Assembly: GCA_964200075.2 (NCBI GenBank)
Contig: CAXNAA020000027.1
Coordinates: forward strand, 1-34,145
Source of the DNA: Sphacelaria rigidula
Lineage: Eukaryota
DNA length: 34,145 nt
Reading direction: 5' to 3'
Shown: positions 1 to 12,169 of the stretch, in pieces
Numbering within the stretch: position 1 is the first letter of the stretch
Layout: each line of letters opens with the position of its first letter
Translations under genes and position numbers: made by a program
Notes under the pieces: model-generated
Told to the model about the DNA's origin: nothing
The model's database searches: none
Seen by the model: only the letters and a program-made list of their open reading frames with translations

Positions 1-491
1 CTTGTTGCTTGCCTTAGTCGTTTGACCATTGACCATGCATCCCTTTCGAGACGGAGCAGGGGGGGGGGATGCCTTACAGGCCGGGATCGGCGGCGCCCTC
101 GCCATGCATCCATGACACCGTACCGTTCATGTGTTTTTTTATCGCGGTCTCATCGCGTCAACGCCCTCCTCTGGCCGTACGCGAATGCCGCAGGATTCCT
201 ATTTTGTGCGCTACGACTATAGAACTTTTGCGAAGAAGGCCGCGGATACATACTTGATCCATGTCCACGCCCAACACTCCGCACGAAGGAGCGGCAACTA
301 GCGCCGACCGCACTCGACAAACGCTCTCCACCAGTACCCAAAAGGGAGAGCCGGAGAAGAAGCGTATTCGAGGTTGCGAGATCGTCGACTCGTTTGGGTT
401 CGGAGCATCTGAGAGGTAGGTACGCCGCTGCCTGCTTGATTGACCATTCCCCCGCTCCACAACTCGGCTTGACTTCAGGTTGAATGGTTTG

Positions 492-746
492 CGGTGCGGA
501 CGAATCATCGCCGGTTCGAACCACCAAATCCACAATATTTGAGGCCTGATTTCTCGAAAGAGAGAAAAATCTTGACCGCTGGTCGAAAAAGCCTCCACGT
601 AATTTTTGCGCCAGTCCACGTGCCTGGGCTGCGTGTACCTGGCTGGCAACGCTGAAAACGACGCCCGAGGATCGCTTCGTACGGTACGAATAAATTACAC
701 TGCAATCAAGTAATTTCGACTAGAATCCATGATTCGTCTCGCCCTT
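492..746. repeat. Dispersed ~255-bp repeat, copy 1 (probable DNA-transposon terminus)
   Basis: Aligns by eye, in direct orientation, to 6496-6748. Shared blocks include cggacgaatcatcgccg, caccaaatccac, cgaaagagagaaaaa, gaccgctggtc, ccacgtgcctgggct, gcaacgctgaaaac and ttcgtacggtacgaat. Homology stops sharply after 'ccctt' in both copies. Confidence 0.85.
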
Positions 747-1166
747 GAAAGCGTTGATCGTCCGCTTGTCTGATGTGATGTCCGCGCAGGTCGATGATGG
801 GCTCGATGTGTTGCCATTTCACCAGCGGCCGAACAGTGGGCGCGGGCATGCTATCAAGCCCCCCGTATTACTTCCTGCTCCACGTACCTCGAAACACAGA
901 AGCGTATGTTTGACCACCACGGGAGATAAACGGCGCGGTACGAGAATATTGGACGCGGTTCGCCGCGTATGCACAGTCAAGAAGGTAAGGGGGTGTATTC
1001 CAGTATCCACACGACTTTTCGAGAGTATCGTATGTACTTGGCCTCTGTGGCAGGGGCAAGGTTTCGCGCAGGCACACGCGTGTTCGAGCAGGGTTGGACT
1101 GGCGGGCTAGCGTTTTGTGCGGGTGTAGTGCTCATAAAATGTGCGTGTGTCCGTGAAAAAAGCAGC

Positions 1167-2800
1167 ATGTCATACGACACTGACGACTGGCGGGTACTCG
1201 GTACGGTGGACCCTTCGTAGACGCCATCGTGGGTGCACACACACATATATCCCCCGAGCACACACTCGCAAATAATTGCTCGCAGGATCGAGTGCTGGCG
1301 GCGATATGTGGGTTAACGACAGTGAAGACAAGACGAGAACCTATTTTCACGCGGACGGCGTCTCGCCTGGGAGCGCAGTACACGAAAAGAGAGGAAGTGT
1401 ACGGCAGTCCGCCGCCGGGCTGGGCGCGGGAATGCGGCAAAAACAGCGGATGGATCTTCACGCAACACGGCTCAGGCCTCCCGGTGGAGGTAAGTGCAGT
1501 CATCTTGCACGTCGCCGATCGTTCTGTGCAACCCTTAGGCCACCGCCGAACACGGGCGGAACCTGAACGCATCATACATATCCTCGATCGCCATGACAAA
1601 TCGTATACTCAGGAGGCGCCCATCTCATCACCATCCTGGCCCACCCCCTCACAGGTAGTCATGCCCCTTCCCCGAGCCGCTGGAAAGACGTGCGTCACTT
1701 GCACCACCATTAGTGGTAATGAGGTCAACACCGTTCCAATCTTCGAACCCTGTCTTCGCGTCGATCGTAACGCGGAGCACTTGAATGAGGTGAGACTGTA
1801 CCCCAGTCATGAGGGTTGCATTATTGCAGGCCGAAACTCGAGTTCCAATCACGCGAAGCGCGTGATCGATATGGAATGCTTCATATCTACGGCAGCATCG
1901 GAAGAATTCGCGCATATGTCGTCGTTTGACGCCTATTGGAACATAGATGCTGGTTGCTGTCGCTGGTGTTGCGTCTTGCACTGGAGTCGACGAGTGCGAT
2001 CACGTCAACCTCATCAGGAAGGCACCGCGAGAGGGCGCAGCTCCGGAGGGGGGGGGGAGCGGTTGGCGCAGGATATTTGCGGGGGCCCACCAGTGATCAC
2101 GTGACTGCTACCATGGACTTCGTTGACCGCAGGGGGAGGTTTTGGTCGACGAACTGCCGCCGTGTGGCCGACCAGCCGCCAGGGTAAACGACGGGGCCAG
2201 CGGGATGCTGTCGTGACTGTCACGTCTACCATAACAAAACCTTCCTGTCGAGGTGCTTCACGGAGGGCTCTACCGAGTGGCACTGGACGACGAGAAACGA
2301 CAAACTGAACACTGTGAAGAGGGTGAGAGTTTCCACGTTGCAATGGAATACCGACGGATCACATGCCATGGTCGTACACGGCGTGACCATCAACCCTGCA
2401 TGCGTCTTCGCTTGATTTTTGCAAGTGATCCTTCAAAATGTCCTCCTTCCGCGATACTGTCGTGGCGTCACGAAATGTTTTCTCACCAGCTCCCAAAAGC
2501 ATGGGATATGGTACCTCTGACAATCACTCCCGGGCCCGGAATCGTTGTCATCGCAAACGCTAAAGCTGCAAGCGTTGCACAGTATCCACAGGGTGTGCAG
2601 GCGATCTCTTTTGCGGTGGCGGGCGAGAAGGGTCAATGCTGAGCAAAACGTGACGATGCGAGGCGATCAAGGAAAGCAATTGCACGACGTTCTGCGCAGC
2701 CCTGAAGGACAAGAAGTTTTCAACAGACTCAGACAGGGCAGCTTGGGGCACGCAGTTGTGGAGGTGCTTGCCTTGTCCGCTGTCCGGAACGATGCGTAGT
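1167..2800 (+). pseudogene. Decayed spliced coding region directly upstream of the P-like transposase core; possibly its N-terminal exons
   Basis: ATG at 1167 (MSYDTDDWRVLGTVDPS*TPSWVHTHI) leads via a stop and frameshift into the longest ORF of the window (1229-2104). A phase-0 GTAAGT...CACAG intron fits at 1490-1654 and another donor (GTGAGA) at 1790. A helical-looking segment follows at 2656-2799 (MRGDQGKQLHDVLRSPEGQEVFNRLRQG). No domain recognised. Confidence 0.4.
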
Positions 2801-2979
2801 GCCGTTCACGTGTACCGCGCGACAGCACTGTTTTATTTCCCGCCGTGCTGGTGAATTGTTTCGGCGCCCTATCGCATTCCCCGAGTAGACACCCACTCAC
2901 CGGCATAGCACAGTGTGCTTCGCGTGCGTCCTCTTGTCGCCGACCACTTATATGTTCCCGATTTTGTTTTGGTCCGCAG

Positions 2980-5056
2980 GACCTGCATAACGTGCGCCAA
3001 TCCGCACCCGATGTCGTTCTACATTGGCAGGAGATGATGAGATGGACCAAATACAACGGCTCCGCGTCGGGGTGGCGTTTCAACCCCAGGGCGTTGCGCT
3101 GGGCCTGTGCTACATGCACGGTGTTCTGCGCACGGCGGGTAACAACATCCTCTCAGCAAAGTTCTCAAGCTCCCTTCCCTCACCCACATCCGCCGCCTGA
3201 AAGCAGCCGCCGCCCCACTACACGCCGGCGTCCAGTACGAAAACATAGGGGTGATTTCCGGCGCGATGTGGCCAATGCTCGCGCCAAAACCCCGTAAGCA
3301 CACCTACGGCATGAGCGTGTTGACTTCAATTATATTCTCTCGCATTGGGCTCGGTCCGTTACACCGTCTACACCCTCATATCATCGCCCCAAAAGGGATT
3401 GTTTCGTATGGGTACTCTAATCGCCCTGACCCTGACATGTTCCTGCCCGTCTTCAGGCACCAGGGGCTGCTGCTGCCGACGACAATGCCTCCGCCTTCGA
3501 CCTCTTCGGCATCATTTCGTGGGATCTTATACACGTCAACAAGAGCGAATTCAACCTGCTTCCGAAAGGGGGTGGCATAGCGGGCTGCGTTGACCCGCAC
3601 TCCTCTTTCAACCCCGTGTGACAAATGGAGAGGAAAACCGCCGACATGGGCTTGGAGGAGACGCGGGAAAGGTCGTCGCGAAACGACACGTCGAGGCGAG
3701 GTTGGCCAGTGCGATGGCGACGGGTGAAAACTATGGTAGGATCACGTTAACTGCACCGGTATGTGTGCACCCATCCCCCCGCCCTCCTGCAGTCCTCAAC
3801 TATGGCAAACACTCGTGTCACGGGCGAAATCCCGTCTGTAGTTTCACTGCACAAGCCCCAGTGCGCCATCGAAGGGGGGCCAACCGCCTCCTTGTTTTTG
3901 CGTTATTTATTTCTTCTGTGGTGAACATGGCTATGAACGATTCACCTGATATTATGCGGCGGGAATAAGATCGATCGCGTGCAAGATATTGCGACAGTAT
4001 GTTGTGTTTAGGTAGTGACACACACCATGATCGCTTCGTTGGATCGTTGGCTCAACGGTCCTCCACTAATGGGCGCAATTTCAAGGCTTCCGCCCTCGCG
4101 CCCCCGGGGAATGTACAACGCCGAGAGTTAGTCACCCGCGCCCGGCGAGAGCGATGCGCGTCCCGCAATTTTATCACGTCATCTGGCGCACGATGTCGCC
4201 CATTGAACCTGTGCACTTCACGCAGGTTTTCTTCGTGAGCATCGGCAAGCCGGAATATCGCTTCGTTGTGTTACGCGAGGCTGTCGTATCCCTGACGCAG
4301 GACTACGTCGCCACAATGTTAGATGCCGTCCTCCCGGCGCTTGCCGGAGCATACCAAGACAAGACTTCCGACGTCATCGCAACGTCTTGCGATGGTGCTT
4401 ATGAACATTGAGTCTGCAGGCGCCTCTGACAAACGCATGCATCTGCTGTCGCAAAGCGTAGCGGTTTTACGCGAGGCGACGATTACCGCCATTCTCCGTT
4501 GAAGGTCGCGCGCTTGCCCTCATGCCCCCCCTCTCCCCCACCGTCTCCCCCACCTCCCCTGCCGCCACTAAAGTTCGCCCCCGTCGGCCCCATTCCACTT
4601 GTGTTTTGTCCTGCATTAATGCCTGCTGCATCGAAGCCGATCTATTCAGTCACGAGTCGGTGCGGAAACCTTTGGGAAATGGGCGGGCGCAAACAGCGAC
4701 CTTGAAAAACATTCCGCCGGTTTCCCTGTGATGTTTCGTCACGCGTACCACGACCACGACGTTTTCAACCTTTCGGGACCCACAGCACATCGTGCGTGAA
4801 TGCCCTGTGGCATGGTGACATAGAAGGCAAACAGCGACAGTTGGGAATGTATTGGCCCCATCCCGTCACAGGTGAGGTGTCATACAGCGACTTCTCTCTG
4901 AAGACACTCGCTAAAGTGTACATCCATGAAAAGCTAGGATTAGGTGGTCATCGCCCGGAAGACCAAGTCCGGGAATGGACAAGGTTGAGGAATCTCATCC
5001 CCGAGCAGTTTTCGAGAAACAATCATAACTGTATGAGCGTCGGCTTCTCCGACAAG
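2980..5056 (+). pseudogene. P-element superfamily (THAP9-like) transposase pseudogene with spliceosomal introns
   Basis: Motifs occur in P-transposase order. Exon 2980-3293: GWRFNPRALRWA...LKLPSLTHIRRL...AG. Exon from 3457: FGIISWDLIH...GIAGCVD (first catalytic D at 3523). Exon from 4226: VFFVSIGKPEYRF...VIATSCDGA (second D at 4391). Exon ~4650-5056: FRHAYHDHDVF, DPQH (DxxH at 4777), VNAL and LRNLIPEQFSRNNHNCMSVGFSDK (KM.V.LA-type motif). Exons are bounded by pyrimidine-rich CAG acceptors and GT donors. Several frameshifts and in-frame stops. Confidence 0.8.
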
Positions 5057-5435
5057 GTGCGTGTTCGGGTGCCACCCCTTTTTGCATCGCCGCTGCTTGC
5101 CCCCCCAAAGCGTGTTCGTCCCATCGGCCATGTTCACTTTTTGACAACATTGATACATATTCCCCGTCTGCACCCCGCAGTGTCTGTCGAGTACCGCCGT
5201 GACGATGCTAGAGTCAGCGCAGGGTCCTCAGACCGAGGTCAACGGTCCTACAACGGTCCCATGCCAAATTGGCGACATCAACACGCGTAGACCATAAGAC
5301 CGTGGGCAGTGCGTCTCATCCCCGGGATCTCGCCCCCCCTCTCGTAGTCAACAGCTGCAGACATCCCATGATGGCAGCGCACAAAACAATAGAATATCGA
5401 TGACCGGGCAAGTGATGGCTAATGTATTACATGTT

Positions 5436-5590
5436 TGGGGGGCGGGGGGGGGGGGGGGGAAATGGGGGGCGGGGGTGGGGGCGGTGATGGGCCGCCGGGC
5501 GTTGAAGGGGGGGGGCCGGCAAGGTCCTCNNNNNNNNNNCAGGCAAAAAAACAAAAGAGTAACGGGGGGGGGGGAAGTGAGGCGTTTAGT

Positions 5591-5624
<34 letters not shown>
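5436..5624. other. Poly-G tracts flanking a 10-N assembly gap (5530-5539)
   Basis: Long G homopolymers on both sides of nnnnnnnnnn; local sequence is unreliable. Confidence 0.95.
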
Positions 5625-5625
<1 letters not shown>

Positions 5626-6495
5626 ATCGTGCGCATGCGGTGCAGTCCGTGATAGCCCGCCTGACGTTGAATGTGCGACGCCTGCAATGTCCATCGTATA
5701 TGGGTTAGCGAGGTCATGGTAGTGTGCGGTCATGGAATGCCGCGTGGCTAGGAATAGTTTGCCATTGACCAGCGAGGCCTTCTTGATCGTTGAGTGGGCT
5801 CAACAGACAATTCTTAACATGAGGTCGTGATAACATTGAGAATGATATCATTGGGGTATAATAAAAACGTTTATTTCCGGTAATTTTTCTTCTCGTTCCG
5901 CCGCGAACATTTCGATATTTCTTCACTCAAGCGATCTCAGCGAAGAAGGCTAACCAGCGCTTTTTTGGTTCCCGCTATCGAAACAGATGGTCTTCACCGC
6001 AAGAGGAGGTGATGAGGTCCTGAAGGAAGTGAGATATCTTAATCTTTCAGTATAGCGGGGTGTGCGCGCGATTTCACATCCCGACTTTGTAAATGGTCGA
6101 TGCCAACACCAGCCTAGGTACCGGCCCGCCTTATATTGTACCAAAATATACCGGCACGGACTGTCACTCAAATATTTCCGCACGAATGTCGATGGATCGA
6201 CTTCCGGCGTTTGCACAGGGAGCGCGCAAACACAATAAATATAATGTTTCAGGCCGCGAAGGCGCTTTTCGTGGATGATCTTGGAGGATTTCGAACATGA
6301 ATATACATGTATTGTTAATATAGATTGCCCTGTGTCCAGGGCGCTTCCAATTTCAATTTATTTCGGCGTTCGTGACGTTGCCGTCTCGGATTTCGGCGGT
6401 GAAACCGGAGTGGTTTCGGCTGGGTCCTTCTACTCTGAAGTGAAATGGTCTGCCCGTAACCTTTCGTGTAATTTACACGTGATATCCATCTTCCA

Positions 6496-6748
6496 CGGTT
6501 CGGACGAATCATCGCCGATTTGAATCACCAAATCCACGATTTCTTAGGCCTGATTGCTGCGAAAGAGAGAAAAAAGTCGACCGCTGGTCAAACAGATCTC
6601 CACGCATTGCGCCGTTCCACGTGCCTGGGCTACGCGTACCTGGGTTGCAACGCTGAAAACAAAGCCTGAGGATTGATTCGTACGGTACGAATCAATTATA
6701 CAAAAAATCGAATAATTCCCAGACGAATCATTAATTCGTCCAACCCTT
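6496..6748. repeat. Dispersed ~255-bp repeat, copy 2 (probable DNA-transposon terminus)
   Basis: Direct, diverged copy of 492-746. Contains the palindromes gattcgtac-g-gtacgaatc (6675-6693) and gacgaat-catta-attcgtc (6722-6740). Reads TAAGGGTTGGACGAA from its end on the minus strand. Confidence 0.85.
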
Positions 6749-7703
6749 ACTATATTCGTATGGTAGGTAGTGGAGGGTCTGGTGGACTCGTGACAGTACC
6801 AAGACGCCCAGGTATTCACCATAATGCGAATGCTTCGTCTCGTCTCTCGTTCGAATCGCGTGTTTCATACTGCCTGTACTGCAGTATTATTGCGTCCTTG
6901 CATTCCTTGACAAAAACTACGCTTCCCGCGCCTCGTACACAGTTCATGATGATCAGAGCACGTCGGTGGCGTATATATAATGCATATCCGTTGTTGAACT
7001 GGTACGGTATACTATTTGGTGCAACACGCAGCATGCGGGGGTTCTATCGAACAACAACTGGTTCGCCACAATCCAAGTGCAACAACGATGGACTCGCTGG
7101 CATCTCTTCTGCGTGTTTTCGAATAAAGCGTGATGAAACATGAGGAGCACTACCGTGACGGGCTTCCACAGGGGAGTAAAGCGCTTCAGTGCACAAGCGC
7201 GTTGGCGAGATGTCGACAACAAGGAAAACGCCAGCGCGCGTGCTGCTCTAAAATAATGCTTTCGGCGCGTGTAACTTGATCCAATGCGCTTTATTGACTT
7301 AAATGCGGACATTGCCCTACAGGTGTAGAGCCGACACTACTGTGTACCAAACGAATCGTGACGCCCGCGGCGGTACTACCTGCTCACTGCACAGCGGTAG
7401 GGTACAGGATGACAAAGCACACCGCAGGACGTGACATTCTCAGCCTATCCCTGTCCTGCATTGATTTCGCGTCGTCCTATGCAGTTCGCCACATCATGAA
7501 TGCACCCACTTGTATCTGCGGCAAACGTGCACGCAGGATACCACGCCAGGCACTACAGTGTATCGCTACGTCACATTTTGTGAAGCTGTCCGTGTTGCAG
7601 CTACAGCGTGCGTTTGCCCCAGGTGGAGCACGCAGGAGTGAAAGGCCGCCTCCGCGGCTGTAATGGCCGCCTGTATATTGGGCGAAGCTGAATGGTAGCA
7701 CAG

Positions 7704-7776
7704 CCGCGGCTGGTGCACCCACATATACCGAAAGGTGGAGACGAGCGTCCAGAATCGATGTGACGACAACACACAC
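7704..7776. repeat. Fragment of a SINE/LINE-tail-like dispersed repeat, inverted relative to 25775-25848
   Basis: The reverse complement gtgtgtgttgtcgtcacatcgattctggacgctcgtctccacctttcggtatatgtgggtgcaccagccgcgg matches gtgtgtgttgtcgtcccatttattttgggcaccagtctacaccgttcggtatatgtgggcacatcagccgggg at 25777-25849. Confidence 0.8.
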
Positions 7777-8419
7777 GACACACTGTATGCGTTACACTTC
7801 CAACATCGTCTTCGTACTGACTGTAGAAACCTCTTGCCCCACGGTTGGGTACAATTCCATATGTAATGCAGGGTCTGGTACATGTCGACTTATCATGTGA
7901 CGGATAGTCTGGTACGTTTCCACCTGTACATGTAGGTAATAATGTTACTCGGTGAAATCGAGACAAAAATCCACAACATGCCGGCTGCCAGATTGTCACA
8001 GACTCTCAGGACGTAGAATCCGCTGGCATTGCTACTGCCTGTACGGGGGTGTTGCCCCCTTGTCACGTATTTTTTGCGGCATGACACTAGAGGAAGATCA
8101 TCCTTCCTTGTAGATGGGCACCAAACGCTGGGGGTTCTCACTAAATACTTCGATTTGGAGGATTATACTAGGTAGACAGCGGCTACTGTTGTGTGCCGAG
8201 ATGCCCCTTAGAGCAGGATGCGTTTAGTGCCTGTTTGACGAAGTTATCCCAAAAAAAACGAAAGCGATGAGGGTTCTAGAGTGGAAATTTCTAGCAAAAA
8301 AACTACCGCAAGAATCCGATCGCAAGAATCTTGAAGCGGATACGCAGTCGCAAATAAACAGTTAGTCGAATTATTACCCGCAGCAGAAACCAACTTCACT
8401 TTGTGAAATTCGAATTGGT

Positions 8420-8553
8420 ATACTCCCACCAAAAATCATGGAAGGTTGGGTATGATGAAAATACTCTTGCCCGAATATTTGGGTGCTATGAGTATGACTT
8501 TTGAAAATACCGAGTATTGGATATACCCTACCCGACCTGCCCTTGAAGCCGTA
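8420..8553. mobile_element. Degenerate DNA-transposon subterminal region (TACCC/GGGTA-rich)
   Basis: Clustered gggtat/aatac/taccc motifs. ttttgaaaatacc is shared with the terminus at 18670-18880. No partner TIR found. Confidence 0.4.
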
Positions 8554-9299
8554 AATGCTCACAGCTCTGGAATCTAATAGAAAACGTGATGGAACACGGT
8601 CATCGTGAAATCGAATTTGGCATTGGACATCCGCTGATGGTAGACCTCGAAGAGCCAGAAAGCCCCCTCACGGTTTCCATAAGACTCAAATAAAACGCCC
8701 TCATGTATGGGAGTTCGCTGGGTTTCTTTATGCAACGGGAAAATGTTCGCCCGAAAAATACAACTGTTCTCCGCTTTTGCTTGATCAGGGAGTGCTCCAT
8801 CGGTATCAATTTGACCACGATAAGATCGTACTTAGTTCGGTATCTGCGGTAGGTTCTCCCCTTCTACTGTCTGGAAACGCGAAATCAATTTTTGCGTGCC
8901 ACAGAAGGATGACGGTTGTTCCGAAAACACAGGAGAGATCAAGAAATGATCTCGCCTTTGCAGAGATGCATCGAGTGGAGCGAAAATTGGCACCGCGGGC
9001 CAAGATCGGTGTGACGATGACCGTACCAAGGGAATCCAATTCAGGATCTGCGGCATTTTTAGTGTTCCTTCCATTTCAAGATGGAACATCAATTTTTGCA
9101 TGCCGCAGGAAACAATACCTGATCAAAAAGACATGAGCGACCTCATGAAATCAGATTGCCCGCAAAAAAAACATCGAGCGGAATGAGATTCGTACTGTGA
9201 GCTTAGATCAACTTTTCAGAGTCAATCGATGAAGGGGTGATACACGTTTTCTACTTAGTTTTGACCCTTCTTCTTTCGCCCTCCGGCTTTACTCTCCGT

Positions 9300-11900
9300 C
9301 GCAAACGAAAACGCATTTACCAACATTCCAGCTTACTCTGATGACACACCCGCTCTTGCCTACAAGTTCAGCATAATCCCTCGTGAGATTCAAGTAGACC
9401 AACAATTTCGCCACTCCTGTCCAGCGTTTCTCGCGCAGAATATTCAAGTGGCGCGCCGGTTCTCAAACCACGCATTACTCGCCACATTCGTTTCCGCAAC
9501 CCCAGATAAATAGATTGCCCTCCCACGGCGTTGCGGGACAGATTGACGATTGTGTCCGCGCCCGTTGTCGATCTTTCCTCAACAACACTTGAAGCGGGGG
9601 TACCCGAGTAGTAAAGCGCGCCAAATACTCCAATCGTTCAGTCAATGAATATTATCCGCGTCATCGTCTTCTTGTACTTTCTGCGGTCACAACATTTCAG
9701 CCCAATTCATTTATCATTTCATCTTTGCAAAAAAACAAGTGAACCTTACACAAGGGCAAGGTTATAGGAGAGGGCATCTCTTGTCGAGTGTTACGTTCAC
9801 CTCATGAACCTCGTCCTTCGCTGCGCCGACCACAACATCGTTTACATGGACGAACGATTCTTCACACAACCCTCCTTCGTCCTCAACACGCAACGTTGCT
9901 TCGCTTTGTTGGGTCCCACTTCCCCCCAGCCGCGCAAGTGTTGCCTCGCGTTACTACATTCCAAAGTTCTCCAGCAGTGCCCAAAAAAAGGTTACCAATT
10001 GCAACCTGTCTGTTGATCCCACGAGATTTTTTTGGCTGCACTGTCTTGTAAGTGATCCCACCGTGCCCATCCAGAAGTTTTACGTGTGCATCAAACACCA
10101 TGTTTGCGCTGACGAATGCTGGTGCCACATCAAAATTACAGCACCTGCGAAAACCCTAACTGTAGCCTCGGTGTAAAGCACTCGAGAAATCGTGCAGATG
10201 GAAACTTATTTCGCCGTGACCATTCGAATATGCTATGCACTCTCAACTCTTGAGCCCAGCGAGCGGAACACTCACCCACACTTCCACATCTTCACGTTGG
10301 TCTACTTCGTCAGCAATGCTCAGAGAGTTCCCCCTATGGCCTATATGCATACCAATCGCAGGAGGCTCCCTGGACTCAATTCCCTTCATTTCGCTGTGCT
10401 ATCATCGATCGAGTGGTGCCTGCCCCCAGTCAAAGTGAGGAACGTGAATTTTTCGAGGTTGGACCCGCGGCGAGTGTCACCATCCCTTCACCTCGCATTT
10501 ATCCTCCGCAAGCTTCCTCAGTAAAATCTTGACGACTACTTCCACGGTAACAATTTTATTTGCCCCCACCATCACCCTCGTCGCAGTACGCGTAAGCTTG
10601 AGATCGAGTGCCGTCCTGTGCCTCCCACTGCGTGTGCTCTGCCATCCGCGAAGGCAGAAACCACCCCTGGGTCAACGCAACACGGCGTTGCTCCGTCCTC
10701 GAGGTTGTAGAGCACCGCTATCTACCCCGCCGCTGTTTTGCTCGAAGGGGGGGGTTCGGAGACAGAAAATTGCGAAAGCGGGGACGACTTGCTTTTGACC
10801 AGCCCGCTACCGGCCGCGTTGCTCCCGCTGCTAGCCGGTGCCGTTTCAGTCGTTTCCCTCTTTCCGCAACCGACGGGATTTTCCTCAGTTTTCCCATCTT
10901 TCGTTGAGCACCTCTGTATCCTCATTTATGGAAATGGTGTGATGAAGAAGGAATGACGGTGATGATCGAAACCGGGGATCAGCTATTGAGAAATCGGTGA
11001 TACCACTGTGCTAAACAGTCAGCGCTAATATTCGAGCAAAGTGGGTGTCCGTGACATCCTCTGCACGTTCAACAGGGGTTGTTGAAGTCGTTTCGTTTCC
11101 CCCGCTGATAACGCGGGTCTGCGGTGTCATCCCCCGTCGTCACACGGGTCGGGGAAGACGAGGCTTACGTCATGGGAAACACGCCCGGCGTAGCTCCCGC
11201 CGCTGGAAATATTTTCACAGGTTTTCTCCCTCTCGACCCATCGCCGTCATATCTTGCAGAATCTGTTGCTCCCGGCGCAAAATCGCTCACTCTGTAGTTT
11301 CGGGGAGAGGAAGGAAAGAGGAGGTAAGTGGATACACGCAACCATGTTAGGCGCCGTGCTATGATTACTGATGCTGAGCTAGTGAGGACCCTCATTGCCT
11401 TCCGCGGGTATACCAGGGCGATCTTGACATACCAGCACTTCAATATTTTTCGCCGGAAGACTGTCAATTTCCTTTACCCTACGAGATCAGCGTTTATGGA
11501 ACGAAGATGAACCACTGTGAGGTGGGGACCCGTGCAACATCTCGTACCGCGACTTGTTTCTAGCGTTAGTATACATGGCAGTGCAATTCAAAGTACACCA
11601 CGTCCAGGTGGCCTTGCTTAGTCCAAGGTTTTCACTGCTGGGGGCAGTCTCATTTGAGTACATTACAGACGCCTGGATTGTTGTCGCGCAGCAAGCTGCC
11701 TAGACCACCCTCATCTCGCGCTCTGCAAGGTCGTTGATTTGCGGATAGTTACAAACCGTCTGCTCCTGCTTGATTTGTCCTCGCTACTTAGATCATCGGA
11801 CAAGCCCTCGGGCAATCCCCTCCGGGCCATCGCTATGCAACACAACAATATTTCAAGGAGCAGTCTTTGGAGATACTCAGGGTACTGCTGAGCCTCGTCT
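9300..11900 (-). pseudogene. Highly decayed hAT-superfamily transposase
   Basis: Minus-strand fragments in hAT order: HSDGPEGIARGL (~11830, HTGENIA-like), CTLNC (~11590), QWE...TATRVMVGANKIVT (~10550-10630) and IGMHIGHR (~10335-10360, LDPR-like). A dimerisation-domain-like stretch LERLEYLARF/YSGTPASSVVEERSTTGADTIVNLSRN lies at ~9530-9640. GT-AG intron signals separate the blocks. Many stops and frameshifts. Confidence 0.6.
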
Positions 11901-12169
11901 TTGGTGTACAGCACACCCTGTTCTCTAGCAAGTGATCATCCCAGACTATTATTTACCCCCTGCCCCTACAGACATAGCAAAATATCGTTGGTAGCAACGA
12001 CTTCACGGTTAGGACGAATAGAAACGTTATTCGTCTCATATCGCAGTAATCAACCATACGGTTCGTACACGAATTGTGATTCGTGAATGTTTCGGGCGTA
12101 TGATTCGTTCGACGCTTCATGAAACCTACATATTCCCGCGTGGCCAATCATGAGGCACACCGTTTATGG

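Noticed and set aside
5348..5733. Gly-rich and Pro-rich ORFs
   Set aside because: Artefacts of G homopolymers and an N gap.
492..6748. The two direct repeats as LTRs of a retrotransposon
   Set aside because: No TG...CA ends, PBS, PPT or gag/pol sequence between them; the interior encodes a DNA transposase.
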